From positions 128,001-192,000 of IMG/VR virus record IMGVR_UViG_3300044551_000092: a DNA stretch of 64,000 nucleotides; one strand, written 5' to 3'. Source of the DNA: a virus (Duplodnaviria > Caudoviricetes). The notes below the pieces were generated by a model. The model saw only the letters and a list, made by a program, of their open reading frames with translations. It ran no database searches and had not been told where the DNA came from. A program made the translations under genes and the position numbers. This document shows, one piece after another, positions 58,620 through 64,000 of this stretch. The stretch's first letter is position 1. Each line of letters begins with the position of its first letter.

Positions 58620-59828
58620 CTATCTTCTATTTCCGAAGTATATTTTTTTTGCTTTTTTTTCTATTGCCGGGAATTCTTTTTGGATATAATAATAATCAAA
58701 TTCAGGCATTTGATGATCTTCAAAATAATCTCTTAATCGGCCTTGAAGCCACCAATCTGGATAAACTTCACGGTTATCGATATTTCTGACATTTTTTCTC
58801 TCGCAATAATCTAGAGCTAATTTCTGAAAGCGTTGCCGCTTTTTTTCTTCTTCAGTTAATGAATGATCATCCGGTTTAGTAGAAGGAACGGGTTCATCAG
58901 CATCTTGATCTTTTTCAGTTGGTACTAAAGCATAATTATTTTTAATAGCAGCTACAATAAAAGCAGCTAAATTTTTAATTTTTGTTTGTTTTTTTAAACT
59001 AAATTGTAAATTGGCCTGGATTACATATGAATCATATTTCTTAACCAGAGCTGCAGCTTGGAATCTGTCCACCCCACACTTTTCCAATTCATTAATTAAA
59101 TCTTGATTAACCAAAGTTTTTATTTTTTTTGGCTTTTCCTGTACATGAAAAATAAATCCAATAATTCGTCGGCTTTCTTTTACGTCTTCGTATGAAAATG
59201 TAATATCTGTTAATTCGTTAATATGTTTCTGTGCATCGTTTAGTATCCGCAATTTGAAATGGCTGACACGTTTATATTTGGTTTTTGGTAGCATAAGTAT
59301 TTCTCGTAAATCCTTTATTGTCATTGAAAAAGCGCGCTGAAATTCGTGTTCCTTCAAAAGTTCATAAATAACCATATCATAAGGTGAGCTGAGCCGCAGG
59401 ATATGTTTGAGTTGAAATTTATAATAATGATCTTTTAAATTTAATAAATACGGTTTCAATTTATCTGTAAATCTTAAAATAACTTCGCCATCATCATATT
59501 CTGAATAATCGGCCCAGTTAATATATTTTTCTTTCTTCCCTTCTGTAATCCTAACCACTTTGGTCTGCAGACCGAGAACGGTTTTTTTAACTTGCTCATA
59601 ATAATTTTTAGATTTGATGCCTAAGATATTAGCAATTCGTTTAACACTCATTTTTTTAAATTTAAACTCATTATCTTTTGGACCGATGTCGGCAATAAAT
59701 ATATAAATGATCCGTCGTTCGTCCAGCGTCAAATCCTGCACGGTTTCGATTAATTGATTGGATTTTTTTACTAGGTTATTCTCGCTAATTGTGACAGGAA
59801 GTACTTCATGTTCGAGTGATGCGACCAT
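58620..59828 (-). CDS. Rep_3-family plasmid replication initiator
   Basis: VKKSNQLIE...LTLDERRI, LKPYLLNLK..Y, L.S.Y...IYELLK, LREIL, EIN-like HINELTD; GAGGAG SD before ATG 59828. Confidence 0.9.
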   Translation of the reverse strand: MVASLEHEVLPVTISENNLVKKSNQLIETVQDLTLDERRIIYIFIADIGPKDNEFKFKKMSVKRIANILGIKSKNYYEQVKKTVLGLQTKVVRITEGKKEKYINWADYSEYDDGEVILRFTDKLKPYLLNLKDHYYKFQLKHILRLSSPYDMVIYELLKEHEFQRAFSMTIKDLREILMLPKTKYKRVSHFKLRILNDAQKHINELTDITFSYEDVKESRRIIGFIFHVQEKPKKIKTLVNQDLINELEKCGVDRFQAAALVKKYDSYVIQANLQFSLKKQTKIKNLAAFIVAAIKNNYALVPTEKDQDADEPVPSTKPDDHSLTEEEKKRQRFQKLALDYCERKNVRNIDNREVYPDWWLQGRLRDYFEDHQMPEFDYYYIQKEFPAIEKKAKKIYFGNRR

Positions 59829-59889
59829 ATATAAGACTCCTCGACTGGTTCTTGTTTCCATTATAAATTTAATAGAAAAAACGTGCTAC

Positions 59890-60415
59890 TCCTTTATTTG
59901 TGGCCTTTCAGATAATTTGACAGCATGTTGCAATTTATTACAAATATTAAGAGATTGCAAGTATTAATGTTTAAGAGGGGCGGAAAGCCTTGATACAATT
60001 GGGCTGAGAGATTTAAAGGCCACAAATAGGGGGCGAAATGCCACAAATATAGGGTTAAGAGCCACGGATATAAGGTGAATTGCCACTGATTAAGGGCTAA
60101 ATATCACATTTAAAGGGGGAAAATGCCACAGATAAGGGGTAAGTGCCACAGATAAGGGGCGAAAGAAATCTACTTACTAAGAAATTTAAAAGCCACAGAT
60201 AAGCTTCTTTCTAAATGATTAAATGCCACAAATAGGGGGCGATATCAATTAAAATGCCACAGATTTGGGGCGTACGTTTCCTTAAAAAGTAAATATCAGT
60301 TTTATAAAGCTTGTATTACCCCAAATCTGTGGCATTTAACTGACTCAACTGAAGAGTTGTCGCTTATTTGTAACGGTTCATGATTGATCTATTCTAGTCG
60401 CCCCTTATTTGTGGC
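59890..60415. repeat. iteron array / replication origin
   Basis: About 13 copies of GCCACA(A/G)AT(A/T)(A/G)GGG: direct at 60019, 60040, 60061, 60082, 60103, 60125, 60145 (about 21-bp period), 60192, 60225, 60256; inverted at about 59891, 60319, 60401. Confidence 0.88.
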
Positions 60416-60555
60416 ATTTAAAAAAGATGATATAGGAACTAAAAGTGTCCTTGATCATTTCTTTCTGATTCAACCTTGTCAACCCATTTTTTCAAACCTG
60501 ATTTCTATCATTTTTACTATATTATAGCGTATTCCGTCTACTTTTTCAGATATTC

Positions 60556-60590
60556 AAAAGGCCTATAGCAATAAGTTATAGGCCCTTCTT
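60556..60590 (-). terminator. terminator of the - strand operon
   Basis: GGCCTATA / TATAGGCC stem with AAAA on the + strand (U tract on the - strand). Confidence 0.65.
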
Positions 60591-60606
60591 AATTTTAAAT
60601 TATTAT

Positions 60607-61257
60607 TTAAAGAATATGTTTGACAAAGAGTTGTGACCAGCTTTCCAACCGATCAAAATAAAATGATTTATTGAGTAAATCTTTTGTGAGCCACAATCCT
60701 TTAAGTGTATCCTTTTCTCGGACTTTGATAGCAACATCTAAAGCAATTTCAATAAGATAAATAATGCCTAAATGAACTTGCCCTACTGTATTATTATCAT
60801 CATTGACTAAACCAACAACTTTAGGCTTTAAAACATCCAACGAGATTGCCATATGATGAAAATTATTTTGAATAATAAGTTCTTCATTCAATTCTCTAAA
60901 AAGGTTTTTACTAACAGCTTCGTCAATTGAGTCCTTTTCACCTGTATAGTTCATATGACCGCCGACACCAAGGGAGAGCTTATTAAAAAGCCGTGATTCT
61001 CCTCCTCCCTTCAATCGCTCATAGCTAAAATACTGGTCACCTTGTTTGATAATCGCATAAGGAATAAGCTGTTTAAACAACGGATCGTTCTCAGCAGGGC
61101 CACGTCGTCGAACTAGAAAAGCATCGTTCATGTTTTTCATAAAACGATTGATAATTTCTGATCTAGTTTCAACACCATTAAAATAAATTTCTTTATTGTC
61201 AAATAGATCTTCAACTGGGACACCAATAATTAACTCATTAGCTTTTTCAGGACTCAT
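60607..61257 (-). CDS. predicted NUDIX-family phosphoesterase
   Basis: RGPAENDP.FKQLIPY, E.RL..KLSLGVGGHMN, REL.EEL, VGQVHLG. Confidence 0.75.
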   Translation of the reverse strand: MSPEKANELIIGVPVEDLFDNKEIYFNGVETRSEIINRFMKNMNDAFLVRRRGPAENDPLFKQLIPYAIIKQGDQYFSYERLKGGGESRLFNKLSLGVGGHMNYTGEKDSIDEAVSKNLFRELNEELIIQNNFHHMAISLDVLKPKVVGLVNDDNNTVGQVHLGIIYLIEIALDVAIKVREKDTLKGLWLTKDLLNKSFYFDRLESWSQLFVKHIL

Positions 61258-61262
61258 TAACT

Positions 61263-61493
61263 CTATCTCCTTAAACTTAGTGGTGGGATTTCTTCATGAA
61301 TAAAATCAACAAATACTTTATCTTTTCTATTTTTCAACCAATTAATATAAGCGACATTTTCAGCACCATAATATCCTCGCCGTTTAGCCGCTGGTACTTG
61401 CTTTTGAAACATATCCCATAAAAAGATGTGCTCCCGTGGATGTAGCTGCGCAAATGTATTTGTGATAAAAATGGATCGATTAATATCAATCAT
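61263..61493 (-). CDS. hypothetical protein
   Basis: AGGAGG SD before ATG 61493. Confidence 0.55.
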   Translation of the reverse strand: MIDINRSIFITNTFAQLHPREHIFLWDMFQKQVPAAKRRGYYGAENVAYINWLKNRKDKVFVDFIHEEIPPLSLRR

Positions 61494-62211
61494 GACGACA
61501 ACCTCCTTTTTGTATCTTATATTGATGATATTTCCCATGATTAATTTCAAGGCAGTTCAATTGATACCCAAAACAGCACCCACCATCTATGCCGATTTTT
61601 AAGGAATTAAAATAAGGATCTGGAGAATTTTGCAAATTGATCGTTGGCGTATGACCAAAGACAACAATTTTCTTTTGCTCGTGGTTATTCGAAAGAAATG
61701 GTTCACGGTTCCATAAGAAGTCTTGACGAGAACTTTTTTTCCAATCGTAAAGAAAGGGATTAATCCCAGCGTGAACGAAGATGTGTTTCTCCCCTTCATA
61801 ATACAGGGGAAGTCCAGTCAGAAAATGTACTATATTGCGATATTCTTCTTTAATGAATTCTGCCCACTTTATATATTTCTCAAAATAAATGGGTTTATCA
61901 ACAATCGTGGGAATGAAACTCTTAATAGTTTCCATACCCCCGTTCTGAAAATACATAACTCTTAGGTCATTGTCTTTCGGCAGGTTCAGATACCTAAGAA
62001 ACAAATCATCATGATTCCCTCTGATGGCAATAGCGCCATTCTGAACAAGTTCTGCGACTTTAAGAATAACTGGTTTGCTGTCTGGTCCGCGATCCATATA
62101 ATCACCAAGAAGAATCAGCTGATCTTCCTTGGCATTATATTGTACCTTATTCAGCAGCTCCATAAACTCTTGATAACAGCCGTGAATATCGCTAATCACT
62201 AGTGTACGCAT
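61486..62211 (-). CDS. PPP-family metallophosphatase (PrpA/lambda-PP/ApaH-like)
   Basis: SDIHG, GDYMDRG, RGNHD, FVHAG, FGHTP, IDGG. Confidence 0.92.
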   Translation of the reverse strand: MRTLVISDIHGCYQEFMELLNKVQYNAKEDQLILLGDYMDRGPDSKPVILKVAELVQNGAIAIRGNHDDLFLRYLNLPKDNDLRVMYFQNGGMETIKSFIPTIVDKPIYFEKYIKWAEFIKEEYRNIVHFLTGLPLYYEGEKHIFVHAGINPFLYDWKKSSRQDFLWNREPFLSNNHEQKKIVVFGHTPTINLQNSPDPYFNSLKIGIDGGCCFGYQLNCLEINHGKYHQYKIQKGGCRHD

Positions 62212-62217
62212 AAAACT

Positions 62218-62679
62218 TCACTCTCTTTTCACTTCAGGTACAATTAATTTCTCAGACATACAACGTGTCATTGTTGAAATGGCTAGAGCAAACATATAGC
62301 ACGTGGAACTTAATGAAACCTCAGGCCGGCAGGTCACAACAATTTCATCACCATCAACAACTTTATAATCTGAATAAAAATAATTACTCATAAAATAATG
62401 AACCTGTTTTTGAAACAATTGTTCGGAGATCTCCTGTCCTCTCATCCATAATTCTGAGTAAACATGGCCGTCATCAGTTAATGTCATATGCCCATCCGTA
62501 TATTCGGTTAAGTAAAGACCGATGAAATCACTCATATCGTCCACAATGGGAACCTGAATTTCAAACGAGGTGGTTATATCTGGATTCTGTTTTAGATAAT
62601 CGGTACCTTTGACTTCAATGACGGTAAACTTGATCCATTCGTCGTGTAATATATTTTTTACTTGAGCAAGCGTTAGCAT
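62218..62679 (-). CDS. DUF1828-like protein
   Basis: I.VP..D...D.I.LY.......LTDDG...SEL. Confidence 0.5.
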   Translation of the reverse strand: MLTLAQVKNILHDEWIKFTVIEVKGTDYLKQNPDITTSFEIQVPIVDDMSDFIGLYLTEYTDGHMTLTDDGHVYSELWMRGQEISEQLFQKQVHYFMSNYFYSDYKVVDGDEIVVTCRPEVSLSSTCYMFALAISTMTRCMSEKLIVPEVKRE

Positions 62680-62699
62680 AGCCTTTACACCACCATTTA

Positions 62700-63119
62700 T
62701 TAAAATGAGAAAGATAACTGATTTTCATCAATTTCTGAATTAAAGACGCCAATCAAACGACGATTTTTAACAACATAAAGCTGTTTACCTAAACAATACT
62801 CGTCATCATCAAGATTAACTGTATCGCCAATTAAGAGAGAACACAGTGAACGAACCTGCTGTGCGTTAATTCTGGGTTGTTCAATCAATTGTGCTTCACA
62901 ACAATTCACTTCAACTTTGCACGTTGCGGCTACATAGAGATGGTATTTTGCACCGCACAAAGGGCAAACAATATCTTCTTTTTCCCGATCGTCCTCAAGA
63001 TCTTTAGCCAATTCAATCGTTTGATCGTAGATATTAGTATGAATGCGATGTCCACACGTGCAAAGCAAATATCCATCCGGTAGAGTATCTTTATAATCCC
63101 GTTTATTCATGGTTTTCAC
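62700..63119 (-). CDS. zinc-ribbon hypothetical protein
   Basis: CTCGH...CPLCG; ends in NQLSF. Confidence 0.55.
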   Translation of the reverse strand: MKTMNKRDYKDTLPDGYLLCTCGHRIHTNIYDQTIELAKDLEDDREKEDIVCPLCGAKYHLYVAATCKVEVNCCEAQLIEQPRINAQQVRSLCSLLIGDTVNLDDDEYCLGKQLYVVKNRRLIGVFNSEIDENQLSFSF

Positions 63120-63570
63120 CTGCGTTCAACCAATTTTGAAAATCCTGAGAATACTCGAATATTGGCAAACTCGAAAGATAAGCCGACGTTTCTGCTGGCG
63201 ACAGTTCTGTTTCATAAATACCTTCCATGACTTCACTTATACCTCGTTGATCAAGTAACTCATATAAAAGAGAATAGATCTCTTCCGTGTAATCTGATTC
63301 TTCCACCCCGTCTGGAACATGATAACCATAACCGTCTTGTAGAGTTCTTTCTGCTTCCCAAAAATCGGACTCGACAATGTACACGGCAATTGTACCTTCA
63401 TTAGGCGAATGGCCGAAGGCAAATATAAAATGAAGATTCATTTCTAAATTTGCTAGTATTTGATTATTAGCTGTTGATTTGGCACTAATACCTGTCTCAT
63501 TTTTTGATTTTTCTTCTTCGGCTTTTTTTAGCCATTCTAAACGTTCTAAATAAGGCTTCAATAATTCCAT
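63103..63570 (-). CDS. acidic hypothetical protein with MELLxxYLxR N-terminus
   Basis: MELLKPYLER; GGGGGG SD. Confidence 0.65.
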   Translation of the reverse strand: MELLKPYLERLEWLKKAEEEKSKNETGISAKSTANNQILANLEMNLHFIFAFGHSPNEGTIAVYIVESDFWEAERTLQDGYGYHVPDGVEESDYTEEIYSLLYELLDQRGISEVMEGIYETELSPAETSAYLSSLPIFEYSQDFQNWLNAGENHE

Positions 63571-63599
63571 CTATAATCCCCCCCGATTTTTTCAATAAA

Positions 63600-63998
63600 T
63601 CAAACTGGTTCAATTAACTCTGTCAGTGCGCTCTTTTCCATTCGCGCCATATCAATCAGCCAAAAGTCATCACCATTTTTCATTACATCAATTGACCATT
63701 TACCCATTAAACCAGTAACACCTTCTAAGTAAGAACTTATCTCATGAGCAATCATCTTTTTATATGATTCATAATTTTCAAGTAAATTTGGTAGAGCTTG
63801 TTTATACATAAATTTATCCTTATCACGAAGATGATTTAACATCAGGTCAGGATGCCAATAGTTGGCCACACCAAGTAACTTTTTCTTATCAAAATCATAA
63901 AAATAACGAAATTCAGTGTGTAGCGGCATCCCTTCATATATTTTTGGCCAGTGATCCTTGTCTTCGATAAACTCACGAAACACGACTTCAGCTGTACA
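63600..63998 (-). CDS. ATP-grasp-like (R2K/Cdc123 type) protein, C-terminal part
   Basis: Frame open to the window edge; VFREFI, EFRYF, NYW, WSIDVM...FWLIDMA. Confidence 0.55.
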   Translation of the reverse strand, partial: CTAEVVFREFIEDKDHWPKIYEGMPLHTEFRYFYDFDKKKLLGVANYWHPDLMLNHLRDKDKFMYKQALPNLLENYESYKKMIAHEISSYLEGVTGLMGKWSIDVMKNGDDFWLIDMARMEKSALTELIEPV

Positions 63999-64000
63999 GT

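Noticed and set aside
60019-60270. Repeat array as a CRISPR array
   Set aside because: Units are about 15 bp with 5-7 bp gaps and some are inverted; there are no spacer-length unique sequences and the array sits beside rep, so these are iterons.
1-64000. tRNA, rRNA, IS transposase or integrase genes
   Set aside because: None recognised; intergenic space is small and is explained by other features. A tRNAscan/Infernal run would confirm.

Overview
The window looks like part of a large temperate phage-plasmid from a Bacillota host, probably Bacillales (Bacillus-type SD and sigma-A promoters, LexA/Cheo boxes, RTP and RemA homologues). From 1 to 26.2 kb there is a + strand module of very large putative virion or fibre proteins (FN3, Ig-like, lectin-like and VWA domains, a five-member paralogue family) ending in a holin. 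From 26.3 to 46 kb there is a + strand replication and recombination module: Sak/Rad52, AEP primase, DnaB, dCMP deaminase, subtilase, RusA, sigma-like factor, Cas4-like nuclease, RemA homologue, DnaE, GH25 endolysin and guanylate kinase. From 46 to 58 kb there is an accessory and maintenance region: a LexA-boxed YolD/ligase/SRAP/Y-polymerase set, two type I toxin-antitoxin loci absent from the ORF track, a loxP-like 13-8-13 site and a Type ISP restriction-modification enzyme. From 58.2 to 60.4 kb lie an RTP homologue, a Rep_3 initiator and an iteron array, followed by a - strand operon (NUDIX-like protein, phosphatase, ATP-grasp-like protein). The most unusual signals are (1) six small proteins, scattered over 30 kb, that start with the same M-E-L-[IL]-x-x-Y-[LV]-x-[RK] decapeptide written in divergent codons, and (2) a P1-like maintenance kit of lox-like site, iteron replicon, TA loci and RTP. 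All family calls come from recognising motifs by eye; no searches were run.
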